A stretch of DNA of 64,000 nt from Candidatus Eiseniibacteriota bacterium (GCA_035691845.1 DASSIN010000272.1:936-64935); one strand, 5' to 3'; counted from the first letter of the stretch, positions 18,897-28,208 are shown. Notes: generated by a model not told the origin, from the sequence alone. Numbers and translations: made by a program.

Positions 18897-19763
18897 TCAG
18901 CGCCCGAGCAGGGCGATGCCCGAGAACCGCCGCCAGCGCTCGCGCGCGCGCGGCGGCGACAGTGCCGCGAGCGCGTCGAACATCCAGGCCGCGCGCATCC
19001 TGCGGTTCAGCCGGCGCGCCTCCTCCCAGGTCGAGCGCCATTCGCGCTCGCGCCAGCCGGCGCCGGCGAAGAACGCCGTGCCCTCGGCCGGCGCGAACCG
19101 GAACGGCGCGCGACCGCGCGCCACGGCCCGGCCCCAGGTCTTGTCCATGCGCCGCACCAGCGCGGGCGTGGCGAGGTCGAGGATCCACGCCTCGAACGCG
19201 GCATGCATCGCCAGATCGCGCGCCAGCGCGGCGACCTCGGCCGGATCGAGGTAGATGAGCAGGCCTTCGGTGAGCACGACCGCGTGGCGGGCGTCGGCGG
19301 CGAGTTCCGCCAGCAGCGCGCGGCGCGCGATGGCATCGCTCAAGTCGGCCGCGCGCGCCTGGTAGCGGCAGCGCGGCGCCGCGCCTGCGAGCCCCGCCTG
19401 CTTGTATGCCAGCATCGCCGGCAGGTCCACGTCCACCCAGCGCAGCGTCGCGGGCAGATCGAGACGCCAGGGCCGCGCATCGAGTCCCGCCGCCAGATCC
19501 ACCACCGTGTCCACCGCGCCCGCGCGCACCAGGCCGAGCAGCAGCTCGTCGAACACCGCGGTGCGCACCACCATCGGCCAGCCCATCGTCTTCGCGTGCG
19601 GGATCGCATCCAGAATGCGCGGCCCGCGCTCGCCCGCCAGCCGGCGTGCGAACGGATCGCGGAACAGCGCGTCCGGCCGCTCGCTCTCGATGGCGCGGTA
19701 CATCGCCACCCACAGCGCGGTGTCGGACACGTCACGAAGCTCGCCGGCGATGGTTTCGGTCAC
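18897..19763 (-). CDS. SAM-dependent O-methyltransferase, leucine carboxyl methyltransferase/TcmP family
   Basis: The N-terminal region 'TALWVAMYRAIESERPDALFRDPFARRLAG' and 'VVDLAAGLDARPWRL' is characteristic of PF04072-type methyltransferases. Confidence 0.7.
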   Translation of the reverse strand: MTETIAGELRDVSDTALWVAMYRAIESERPDALFRDPFARRLAGERGPRILDAIPHAKTMGWPMVVRTAVFDELLLGLVRAGAVDTVVDLAAGLDARPWRLDLPATLRWVDVDLPAMLAYKQAGLAGAAPRCRYQARAADLSDAIARRALLAELAADARHAVVLTEGLLIYLDPAEVAALARDLAMHAAFEAWILDLATPALVRRMDKTWGRAVARGRAPFRFAPAEGTAFFAGAGWREREWRSTWEEARRLNRRMRAAWMFDALAALSPPRARERWRRFSGIALLGR

Positions 19764-19830
19764 GATCGGCCTCCGCGTGAGGGACGCGCGAGTGTAACGC
19801 GGCGCCGGGACACCGTGATACCGTGACGCG

Positions 19831-21264
19831 GTGAACGACGAGGAATTCCGCCGCTTCGGTCACGCGCTCGTGGAGTGGGTCGCAGACTACCGCCGGCGCA
19901 TGCCGGAGCTGCCCGTCATGAGCCCGGTCGCTCCGGGCGAGATCCGACGTCGATTCCCGGCCGCGCCGCCGCGGCAGGGCGGCGGGTTCGCGGACGTGGC
20001 CGCCGCGCTGGATCGCGACGTGGTGCCCGGCATCACTCACTGGAACCATCCCGCGTTCTTCGCCTATTTCCCCAGCAATACCAGCTACGCCGCGATCCTC
20101 GCCGACCTGGTCGCATCAGGTCTCGGCGCGCAGTGCATGAGCTGGGAGACGAGCCCCGCCGCCACCGAGCTGGAGGAGGTGGTGATGGAGTGGCTGCGGC
20201 AGATCGTGGACCTGCCCGCGAGCTTCACGGGCGTGATCCACGACACCGCCTCCACCGCGACGCTGTGCGCGCTGCTGTGCGCGCGCGAGCGCGCCACCGG
20301 CTACGCCCAGGAGCAACGCGGGCTGCAGGACGGCGGGCCGCCGCTGGTCGTCTACGCCTCGGATCAGGCGCATTTCTCCGTGCTCAAGGCGGCGCGGCTG
20401 GCGGGGTTCGGCGGCGCGCACGTGCGCGCGATCGAGACCGACGACGCGCACGCGCTGCGGCCGGACGCGCTCGAGGCCGCGCTGGCGCGCGACGTGCGCG
20501 CGGGAATGAGGCCGTGCGCGATCGTGGCCACCACCGGCACCACCGGCACCACGGCGCTCGATCCGGTGGGCGAGATCGCGGCGCTGGCCGGTCGCCACGG
20601 CGCCTGGCTGCACGTGGACGGCGCGCTCGCCGGCATCGCCATGGCGCTGCCCGAATGCCGGTGGATGTGGCGCGGCATCGAGCGCGCCGACTCGGTGGTG
20701 CTGAACCCGCACAAGTGGATGGGCGTGGGCTTCGATTTGAGCGCCTATTTCGTGCGCGATCCGGAGCACCTGGTGCGGGTGATGGGCGCGCGCGCGAGCT
20801 ACATCCGCACCGCCCACGATCGCGAGGTGAAGAATTTCCGCGACTGGGGCATCCCGCTCGGGCGCCGGTTCCGCGCGCTCAAGCTGTGGTTCCTGCTCGC
20901 GGACATCGGCGTGGAGGGACTGCAGGAGCGGCTGCGCCGCGATCTCGCGAACGCGCAGTGGCTCAAGTCCGAGGTCGAGCGCGCGCCCGGCTGGGAGCTG
21001 CTGGCGCCGGTGCCGCTCCAGACCGTGGTGATGCGCCACCGGCCCGAAGGCGTGCGCGACGAGGCATGGCTCACGCGCCACAACCTGGCGATCGCCGCGC
21101 GCGTGAACGAGGGCGGCAGCGCCTACCTCACGCCCAGCATGCTGAAGGCGCGCCAGTCCGTGCGGGTGAGCATCGGCGCCGAGACCACGCAGCGCGCCCA
21201 CGTGGCCGCGGTGTGGCAGGCGCTGCAGTCCGCCGCCGTCCAGGACGCCACGACGCCGGCCTGA
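19831..21264 (+). CDS. PLP-dependent aromatic-L-amino-acid decarboxylase (group II decarboxylase)
   Basis: Motifs 'HWNHPAFFAYFPSNTSYAAILADL' and the PLP-lysine region 'SVVLNPHKWMGVGFDLSAYFVRD' are present. Confidence 0.8.
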   Translation: MNDEEFRRFGHALVEWVADYRRRMPELPVMSPVAPGEIRRRFPAAPPRQGGGFADVAAALDRDVVPGITHWNHPAFFAYFPSNTSYAAILADLVASGLGAQCMSWETSPAATELEEVVMEWLRQIVDLPASFTGVIHDTASTATLCALLCARERATGYAQEQRGLQDGGPPLVVYASDQAHFSVLKAARLAGFGGAHVRAIETDDAHALRPDALEAALARDVRAGMRPCAIVATTGTTGTTALDPVGEIAALAGRHGAWLHVDGALAGIAMALPECRWMWRGIERADSVVLNPHKWMGVGFDLSAYFVRDPEHLVRVMGARASYIRTAHDREVKNFRDWGIPLGRRFRALKLWFLLADIGVEGLQERLRRDLANAQWLKSEVERAPGWELLAPVPLQTVVMRHRPEGVRDEAWLTRHNLAIAARVNEGGSAYLTPSMLKARQSVRVSIGAETTQRAHVAAVWQALQSAAVQDATTPA

Positions 21265-21392
21265 TCGGACGTCGCGCGCGCGACGGGGTCCGCCGCCGGC
21301 TCCCGGAGGCCGCCTGTTCGCGGTCGATCGGGCCTCCAGCACCCCGTCCGAAAACGGCGAGTCGCAACCGCGCCATGCGGTAACCTGCCGGC

Positions 21393-23018
21393 ATGGAACT
21401 CGACCCGCACACCTGTTGGCGCGCATTCGCCGCGCGCGATCGCCGCTTCGACGGCCGGTTCGTCACCGGCGTACTCACCACCGGGATCTACTGCCGCCCG
21501 GCGTGTCCGGCGCCACGGCCCCGGCCGCGCAACGTACGGTTCTTCGCGTGCGCGGCGGCGGCCGAGGAGGCCGGCTTCCGGCCGTGCCTGCGGTGCCGGC
21601 CCGAAGCGGCGCCGGGCACGCCGGCGTGGCTCGGCACGTCGGCCACCGTCAGCCGCGCGCTGCGGCTGATCGGCGATGGCCATCTCGACGCGCACGGCGT
21701 GGACGATCTCGCCGCCCGGCTCGGCGTCGGGGCGCGTCATTTGCGGCGGCTGTTCGACCAGCAGCTCGGCGCCTCCCCGGTGGCGATCGCGCGCACGCGC
21801 CGCGTTCACTTCGCGCGCCGGCTGCTGGACCAGACCGACCTGCCGATCACCGAGATCGCGCTGGCGTCGGGGTTCAACAGCCTGCGGCGCTTCAATCACA
21901 CGATGCGTGACACGTTCCGGCGTCCGCCGCGCGCGCTGCGGCGCGAACGCGGGCGCATCGCGCCCGAGGGCGGCGGGCTCGCGCTGCGCGTTCCCTACCG
22001 GCCGCCGCTCGACTGGCCGGCGCTGCTCGCGTTCCTCGGGGCGCGCGCGATTCCGGGCGTCGAGCACGTCGAGCGCGGCGTCTATCGCCGTACGTTCCGC
22101 ACGCCGGGTGCGAGCGGAACGCTGGAGGTGCGCCCGGTGCCCTGCGAGCCGGCGCTGGCGCTCACGCTCGATCTCGAGCGCCCGGCGGAGCTGATCCAGG
22201 TGGTGGAGCGCGTGACCCGGCTGTTCGATCTCGGCGCCGATCCCGCGCTGATCCGGCGGCAGCTCGCGCGCGATCCACGGCTCGCGCGCGCGCTCGCCGG
22301 ACGGCGCGGCGTGCGGGTGCCGGGCGCGTGGGAGCCGTTCGAGCTCGCGGTGCGGGCGATCCTCGGGCAGCAGGTGTCGGTGGCCGCGGCCCGCACGCTG
22401 GCCGGGCGCGTGGCGGAGCAGTTCGGTGAGCCGCTGCCAGCGGCGCGCGCGCCGCTGGCGCGGCAGTTCCCGACGCCGGCCGCCCTGGCCGACGCCGACC
22501 TCACGCGCGTGGGCGTGACGCGTGCGCGCGCCGAGGCGATCCGCGGCCTGGCGCGCGCCGTGCGCGACGGCGCGCTGGAGTTCGCGCGCCTGGGCGGTGT
22601 TCCCGAGTGCATCGCGCGGCTCACGGCGCTGCCCGGCGTGGGGGAATGGACCGCGCACTACATCGCGATGCGCGGACTGGGCGAGCCCGACGCGTTCCCG
22701 GCCGGCGATCTCGGCGTGCGGCGCGCACTGGCCGACGGGGGTCCGCTGCCGGCGACCGCCGACCTCGCGCGGCGCGCCGAGACGTGGCGGCCGTGGCGCG
22801 CCTACGCGGTGATGGCGCTGTGGACCGAATCGAACGCTTCGAACCCTGGAGGACCCGATGAACCTCACGACGACGAACGTCGAGACGCCACTCGGCACCG
22901 TGATGCTGGTCGCGAGCGGCGACAGACTGTGCGCGCTGGACTGGGCCGCGAAGCGCGCCCGCGTGGTGCGCGACCTGCGCCGCCGGTTCGGCGCCGTCAC
23001 GCTGTCTCCGGCACGTGA
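21393..23018 (+). CDS. Ada-type fusion: methylphosphotriester Zn domain + AraC HTH + AlkA (DNA-3-methyladenine glycosylase II)
   Basis: An Ada N-terminal Cys4 motif 'CRPACP...CLRC' is followed by the HTH 'LAARLGVGARHLRRLF...EIALASGFNSLRRFNHTMRDTF'. Then come an AlkA N-domain and an HhH-GPD domain ('VSVAAARTLAGRVAEQFGEP'). The 3' end overlaps ogt by 161 nt in a different frame. Confidence 0.8.
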   Translation: MELDPHTCWRAFAARDRRFDGRFVTGVLTTGIYCRPACPAPRPRPRNVRFFACAAAAEEAGFRPCLRCRPEAAPGTPAWLGTSATVSRALRLIGDGHLDAHGVDDLAARLGVGARHLRRLFDQQLGASPVAIARTRRVHFARRLLDQTDLPITEIALASGFNSLRRFNHTMRDTFRRPPRALRRERGRIAPEGGGLALRVPYRPPLDWPALLAFLGARAIPGVEHVERGVYRRTFRTPGASGTLEVRPVPCEPALALTLDLERPAELIQVVERVTRLFDLGADPALIRRQLARDPRLARALAGRRGVRVPGAWEPFELAVRAILGQQVSVAAARTLAGRVAEQFGEPLPAARAPLARQFPTPAALADADLTRVGVTRARAEAIRGLARAVRDGALEFARLGGVPECIARLTALPGVGEWTAHYIAMRGLGEPDAFPAGDLGVRRALADGGPLPATADLARRAETWRPWRAYAVMALWTESNASNPGGPDEPHDDERRDATRHRDAGRERRQTVRAGLGREARPRGARPAPPVRRRHAVSGT

Positions 23019-23382
23019 TCCGGCCGGCGCCGCGCGCGCGCTGCGCGCCTACTTCCGCGGGCGGCTGGACGCGCCGGGGCGCGTGCGCGTGGATCTGGGC
23101 GGCACGCCGTTCCAGCGGCGCGTGTGGGCCGCCCTGCGTCGCATCCCGCCCGGCCGCACCGTGAGCTACGCCCGGCTCGCCGCCCGCATCGGACGGCCCG
23201 GCGCGGTGCGCGCGGTCGGCGCCGCCAACGGGCGCAATCCGGCGTCGATCGTGGTGCCGTGCCACCGCGTGATCGCTTCGGGCGGCGGACTGGGCGGCTA
23301 CGGGGGCGGGCTCGCGCGCAAGCGCTGGCTGCTCGCCCACGAACGGAGCCCGCGTTCGCACGTCAAACGACCGCGTTCGTGA
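22858..23382 (+). CDS. ogt: Methylated-DNA--protein-cysteine methyltransferase
   Basis: The active site 'IVVPCHRVIASGGGLGGY' and 'TPFQRRVWAALRRIPPGRTVSY' are present. Confidence 0.85.
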   Translation: MNLTTTNVETPLGTVMLVASGDRLCALDWAAKRARVVRDLRRRFGAVTLSPARDPAGAARALRAYFRGRLDAPGRVRVDLGGTPFQRRVWAALRRIPPGRTVSYARLAARIGRPGAVRAVGAANGRNPASIVVPCHRVIASGGGLGGYGGGLARKRWLLAHERSPRSHVKRPRS

Positions 23383-23541
23383 GCCGGCGCGGCGTCGGGG
23401 TCGAAATCCGGCCGTGGCAGAAACGGTGGGAACATTGTCATTGTGCCACGCGCCCGAACCGCTCACCCTCGTGCCGTGACCCGTCGAACCCACGCCCACC
23501 GCCGCGCCGCGCGCCCCGGACCGCGCACGCGCCGCATCGCC

Positions 23542-24543
23542 ATGCTGGCGTACCCGGACATCCAGATCCTGGACGTCATGGGGCCGCTGGAAGTGTTCGC
23601 CCGCACCTCGCGTTGGCTCAAGGAGCACGGGGCTCGCCGTGACGACGCCTACACGGTCGAGATTCTCGGGCTGACCCGCGGGGCGTTTCCCGCCTCGTCC
23701 GGGCTCCGCATCCACGCCGATCACCGCTACGACCAGGCGCCGCCGGGGATCGACACGCTGCTGGTCGCGGGCGGGAGGGGCGCCGAGAAGTACCGCGCGC
23801 ATCCGGGCCTCCAGCACTGGATCCGGCGCCAGAGCCGCGTGGTGCGGCGCCTGGGATCGATCTGCACGGGCGCGTTCCTGCTGGCCGAGGCCGGGCTGCT
23901 CGACGGCCACCGCGCCACCACGCACTGGGCATCGTGCGACGAGCTGGCGCGGCGCTACCCGCAGGTGCGCGTCGAGCCCGACACCATCTACGTGCGTGAG
24001 GGCGCGTTGTACACCAGCGCCGGCGTCACCGCCGGCATGGACCTCGCCCTGGCGATGGTCGAGGACGATCTCGGGCGCGACGTGGCGCTGGCCGTGGCGC
24101 GTGCGCTGGTGATGTTCCTGCGACGACCGGGCGGGCAGTCGCAGTTCAGCGCCCAGCTCGCGGCGCAGCTCGCCGAACACGAGCCGCTGCGCGACCTGCA
24201 GACCTGGATCGTCGAGCATCCGCGTCACGAGCTGTCGGTGCCGGCGCTGGCGCGGCGCGTGGCGATGAGCCCGCGCAACTTCGCGCGCGCGTTCACGCGC
24301 GAGGTGGGCACCACGCCCGCGAAGTTCGTGGCCTCGGTGCGCGCCGAGACCGCGCGCCGGTTGCTCGAGGAGACGTCGCACGGGCTCGAGGCGATCTGCG
24401 CCGAGAGCGGCTTCGGCACCGTCGAGGCGATGCGGCGCGTGTTCCTGCGGACGGTCGGCGTCGCCCCCGGCCAGTACCGCCAGCGTTTTTCCGCTCCCCG
24501 CACGCGGCCTCGCGCCGCGTCACGAAATGGAGGACCTTCATGA
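23542..24543 (+). CDS. GlxA-family transcriptional regulator (DJ-1/PfpI domain + AraC HTH)
   Basis: The DJ-1-like part 'MLAYPDIQILDVMGPLEVF...ICTGAFLLAEAGLLDG' is followed by the AraC HTH 'SVPALARRVAMSPRNFARAFTREVGTTPAKFV'. The N-terminal 33 aa of the ORF were trimmed as Arg-rich. Confidence 0.8.
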   Translation: MLAYPDIQILDVMGPLEVFARTSRWLKEHGARRDDAYTVEILGLTRGAFPASSGLRIHADHRYDQAPPGIDTLLVAGGRGAEKYRAHPGLQHWIRRQSRVVRRLGSICTGAFLLAEAGLLDGHRATTHWASCDELARRYPQVRVEPDTIYVREGALYTSAGVTAGMDLALAMVEDDLGRDVALAVARALVMFLRRPGGQSQFSAQLAAQLAEHEPLRDLQTWIVEHPRHELSVPALARRVAMSPRNFARAFTREVGTTPAKFVASVRAETARRLLEETSHGLEAICAESGFGTVEAMRRVFLRTVGVAPGQYRQRFSAPRTRPRAASRNGGPS

Positions 24544-25670
24544 TCCGGTGCGTTTCCCGCCCGTTGTCGCGGCTCGCCGTGCTGCTGTGCCTGGCGCTCG
24601 CGCTGTTCGCCAGCCGCGCCGTGGCGGACACGAAGCACTACGTGTGCCCGCCGTGCGGTTCACCTTGCGACACGATGGCGTTCGACCATCCCGGCGTGTG
24701 CCCGAAGTGCGGCATGACGCTCGTGGACCAGGCCACGCTGGCGGCCGCCCAGGCGGCCCAGCCGGCGCCCAAACGCGTCGCCATCCTGGTGTTCGACGGT
24801 GTCGAGATCATCGACTCGATGGGCCCCTACGAAGTGTTCGGCGCGGCCGGCTACGACGTCTACACCGTGGGCGCCACGCACGACGCCGTCACCTCGGCGA
24901 TGGGGCAGAAGATGGTGCCGAAGTACGCATTTGCCGACGCGCCCCAGCCGGACGTGCTGGTGGTGCCCGGTGGCGGGGTGTACGCCGCATTGCACAGTCC
25001 GGCCACACTCGATTGGGTGCGACAGGAGACGGCGCGGGACACGCACACGATGTCGGTGTGCAACGGGGCGTTCATCCTCGCGAGCGCCGGGCTGCTGGAC
25101 GGCCTCACCGCCACCACGACCGCGCACAACATTCCTAAGCTCAAGGCGCAGTATCCCAAGGTGCGCGTGGTCGCGGACCAGCGCTACGTCGACAACGGCA
25201 AGATCATCACCACCGGCGGGCTGTCGGCCGGCATCGACGGCGCGCTGCACGTCGTGGACCTCATGGACGGCGCCGGCACCGCCGAGCAGGTGGCGCTGGG
25301 CGAGGAGTACGACTGGCACGCGCACTCCGGCTTCGCGCGCGCCGCGCTGGCCGACCAGCAGATCCCCGACGTGCCGCTCGACAGCCTCGGGCACTGGCAC
25401 ATCGTGCGCACGGAGGGCGACCGGCAGCACTGGGACGTGGAGTTCGCCGGCACCTCCGAGCTCGATGCCGGCGCGCTGCTCCAGCGCATCGACCGCGCGT
25501 TCGCCGAGAAGGGCAACTGGCAGCCGCTCGGCGCGCCGACGCGCGGCACGCCGGCGCGCGCCGCATGGAAGTTCACCGGCACCGACGGCGCCCCGTGGCG
25601 CGGCACGCTGATGATCGAGCCGGGCGCGAATCACGAGCTCACGGCACGGCTGTCGATCGCGCGCAGCTGA
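24540..25670 (+). CDS. Secreted DJ-1/PfpI-family protein with an N-terminal Cys4 zinc-ribbon (YHS/TRASH-like)
   Basis: A signal peptide 'LSRLAVLLCLALALFASRAVA' is followed by 'CPPCGSPCD...CPKCGMTLV'. The DJ-1/PfpI core has the nucleophile-elbow Cys in 'MSVCNGAFILASAGLLDG'. A C-terminal extension of about 120 aa follows. The start overlaps the glxA stop (ATGA) and an AGGAGG-like RBS is present. Confidence 0.7.
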   Translation: MIRCVSRPLSRLAVLLCLALALFASRAVADTKHYVCPPCGSPCDTMAFDHPGVCPKCGMTLVDQATLAAAQAAQPAPKRVAILVFDGVEIIDSMGPYEVFGAAGYDVYTVGATHDAVTSAMGQKMVPKYAFADAPQPDVLVVPGGGVYAALHSPATLDWVRQETARDTHTMSVCNGAFILASAGLLDGLTATTTAHNIPKLKAQYPKVRVVADQRYVDNGKIITTGGLSAGIDGALHVVDLMDGAGTAEQVALGEEYDWHAHSGFARAALADQQIPDVPLDSLGHWHIVRTEGDRQHWDVEFAGTSELDAGALLQRIDRAFAEKGNWQPLGAPTRGTPARAAWKFTGTDGAPWRGTLMIEPGANHELTARLSIARS

Positions 25671-25729
25671 CGGGGAAACGAGGCGGGCGGCCCCGGGGTG
25701 GGGGGCCGCCCGCGCGCAGCCGCGATTCG

Positions 25730-26203
25730 TCAGGCGTTCTTCGCCATCTCGGCCGCGAGGCGGCGCTCCATCTCCTCGGCGGTCACGTCCTCGATGTGGG
25801 TCGCGATCCCCCACGTGTGCCCGAACGGATCGGTGATCTTGGCGTAGCGGTCGCCCCAGAACTTGTCGCCGGGCGGCATGTCGCCGGTGGCCCCGGCCGC
25901 GAGCGCGCGCTGGTACACCGCGTCGCAGTCCTCGGTGTACAAGTTGAGACTCACGGGCGAGCCGCCCAGCGTGTGCGGCGAGCGCGTGCCCCATTCCGGC
26001 GACTCGTCTCCCAGGAAGATCACCGAGTCGCCGATCGTGAGCTCCGCGTGCGCCACGCTCTCGCCATCCGGGCCGTACATCACGTCCTTGACCTTGGCGC
26101 CGAACGCGGCCTCGTAGAACGCGATCGCCTTCCGGCCGCCCTTGACGATCAGGGCGGGGGTGACGCAGTGCTGTCCTTCGGGAATGTGTTTCACATTAGC
26201 CAT
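25730..26203 (-). CDS. VOC-family protein (glyoxalase/bleomycin resistance/PhnB-like)
   Basis: The 157-aa C-terminal part of ORF 25730..26422 begins 'MANVKHIPEGQHCVTPALIVKGG' and contains 'GDKFWGDRYAKITDPFGHTWGIATH', typical of the PhnB/VOC fold. Confidence 0.75.
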   Translation of the reverse strand: MANVKHIPEGQHCVTPALIVKGGRKAIAFYEAAFGAKVKDVMYGPDGESVAHAELTIGDSVIFLGDESPEWGTRSPHTLGGSPVSLNLYTEDCDAVYQRALAAGATGDMPPGDKFWGDRYAKITDPFGHTWGIATHIEDVTAEEMERRLAAEMAKNA

Positions 26204-26603
26204 CGTGTTCTCCACGCGGGCGCACGGGCGCCCGTGACGCGACCATGCGCCGGATGGACCGGGCGCTCCGTCGCACCGGCGATGCGGGGATGGCGGCGCA
26301 GGGTAGGGGGGACGTCGGGCGGCGGCAAGTCGCCGCGATCGGCGGTCGGCGTTTGTCATCGCTAAACACGGCGGCTTGGGTGCAGACGAGGGGTGCACGC
26401 GAGTGGCCTCTTCGCTTTTCATTGCCGTCGCCGGCGCGCGTTGGGGTACGCTGGGCGTCAGCCGGTACGTCGAGCCTCACGATGTTCCGGCGAGGTGCTC
26501 CTGGCCCCAGGGGCGGTGACCCGGCGTTCGAGCTTCGCCCCCGTGCTTCGCAACGCGCCTTTGATCCCGCAGGTCTGCTCTGGTGCAGAAAGGAGAATCC
26601 CCC

Positions 26604-27278
26604 ATGCACTTCGTTTCCACGCGTCACGCCGTGCGACTGGCGCTCGCGGCCGCGCTCGTCGCCGGCCTCTCGACCGCCGCGCGCGCCGCCGTGATTACGT
26701 ATACGGCCGTTCTGAACGGCGCCAGCGAGTCTCCGCCCAACGCGTCGCCGGGGACCGGTTCGGCCACCGCCGACGCGGACGCCACCGCGAACACGCTGCA
26801 CCTGAACTTCAGCTGGAGCGGGCTGGTGGGAACCACCACCGCGTCGCACATTCACGCGCCCACGCTCACCGCGGGCACCGGAACGGCCGGCGTGGCGACG
26901 ACGACGCCGTACTTCCTCGGATTCCCGACCGGCGTGACGGCCGGAACGTTCGACATCACGCTCGACCTCACGCTGTCGTCGAGCTACAACGGCTCGTTCA
27001 TCACCGCCAACGGCGGCACCACCGCCGGGGCCGAGGCCGCGTTGCTGTCGGCCATCGCCAACGGCAAGGCGTATCTCAACATCCACTCCAGCGTCTACGG
27101 CGGCGGCGAGATCCGCGGGTTCCTGATGCCGGTGGCCACGCCGACCGAGCGCACGACGTGGGGACGCGTGAAGTCGATGTACATGTCGTCGCTGCTGACC
27201 CTTCCCACCGGGCCGGCCGTGCTCGGGGACGTCGCGATGACGGCCGGCTGCCCCGCCACGCCCGGGTGCTGCGAATGA
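26604..27278 (+). CDS. Secreted CHRD domain-containing protein
   Basis: An AGGAG RBS and a signal peptide are present. The CHRD hallmarks are 'HIHAPT...G..GV', 'AYLNIHSSVYGGGEIRGFL' and 'ESPPN'. The protein ends in the Cys cluster 'CPATPGCCE'. Confidence 0.65.
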   Translation: MHFVSTRHAVRLALAAALVAGLSTAARAAVITYTAVLNGASESPPNASPGTGSATADADATANTLHLNFSWSGLVGTTTASHIHAPTLTAGTGTAGVATTTPYFLGFPTGVTAGTFDITLDLTLSSSYNGSFITANGGTTAGAEAALLSAIANGKAYLNIHSSVYGGGEIRGFLMPVATPTERTTWGRVKSMYMSSLLTLPTGPAVLGDVAMTAGCPATPGCCE

Positions 27279-27302
27279 CGTGAGGTTCGGCCGCGATCGA
27301 AC

Positions 27303-27340
27303 GCCCCCGCGCCCTCGCGGCGCGGGGGCTTCGGTTTTCG
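27303..27340 (+). terminator. Rho-independent terminator after the CHRD gene
   Basis: A perfect 11-bp stem gcccccgcgcc/ggcgcgggggc encloses a 5-nt loop and is followed by TTCGGTTTTCG. Confidence 0.6.
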
Positions 27341-27380
27341 CTCGCGCATCGGGATCGGCGTCCGATGGCGGGACGCCCGA

Positions 27381-28208
27381 TCAAGCCCGCGCCGGAATCC
27401 TTCCCGCCACGACCGGCACCATCCACGCCGCATAGCGCTCCGGGTCCAGGATGTCGGCGATCATCTGATCGAAGCAGGCCGTCGCCTGCGCGGACGAGAA
27501 CGGCGTCAGCTCGCCGATGGATTCGACGTAGCCGTCGCGCCACGCCGTCATGATCTGCGCGAACGTCTCGCGCGGCACGCGCAGCGTGTCCACCACGACG
27601 TAGTCCACGGCGATGTCCTCGAGCCCGAGGCGCCGCATGTGTCCGTAGCCGTGGCGGCCGACGAACAGATCGGTGTTCGTGCCGGCGCCGAACGCCGCCG
27701 AGGCGCGATGCCAGAACTCGCGCACGTCGCAGCGCCCGCCCACCGGGAAGTGCAGCATCCCGTAGTCCTCGGGGATCAGGTGCAGCCAGCCGCCCGGCCG
27801 CGTCACGCGCGCCAGCTCGGCGATCACCCGCTCGGGGTGGGGGATGGAGTGGACGACGTGCCGGCACACGGTGAGATCGAACGACGCCTCCGGCGCATTC
27901 AGCTCGAACACGCTCTGGTGCTCGAACCGCAACCGCGGGGCGAGCGCCGCGTAACGCTCGCGCGCCAGCGCCAGATGATGGTCGAGGATGTCCACGCCCA
28001 GCACGGCCGCCTGAGGATAGAGCGCGGCCAGCCGCGAGGCACCTTCGCCCGTGCCGCAGCCGGCGTCGAGCACGCGGATCGCTCCCGACAGGCCGTAGCG
28101 CTCGAACAGCCGCGATTCCTGCGGCCAGATGGCGCGCGCCTGCGCGTCGAGATTGCGCACCATCGATTCGTCCGACATCTGCTTGTGCTGGGGATTCAGG
28201 TCGGTCAC
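27381..28208 (-). CDS. Class I SAM-dependent methyltransferase
   Basis: The SAM motif I 'VLDAGCGTGEGASRLAA' and the post-I acidic residue 'VLGVDI' are present. Confidence 0.75.
   Translation of the reverse strand: MTDLNPQHKQMSDESMVRNLDAQARAIWPQESRLFERYGLSGAIRVLDAGCGTGEGASRLAALYPQAAVLGVDILDHHLALARERYAALAPRLRFEHQSVFELNAPEASFDLTVCRHVVHSIPHPERVIAELARVTRPGGWLHLIPEDYGMLHFPVGGRCDVREFWHRASAAFGAGTNTDLFVGRHGYGHMRRLGLEDIAVDYVVVDTLRVPRETFAQIMTAWRDGYVESIGELTPFSSAQATACFDQMIADILDPERYAAWMVPVVAGRIPARA

Noticed and set aside
22858-23018. Treating the Ada-AlkA/ogt 161-nt overlap as proof of a frameshift error
   Set aside because: I cannot tell from the sequence alone. The AlkA fold appears complete before the overlap and ogt has a normal N-terminus, so a genuine out-of-frame overlap is possible. 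It is listed as a finding to check rather than called a pseudogene.
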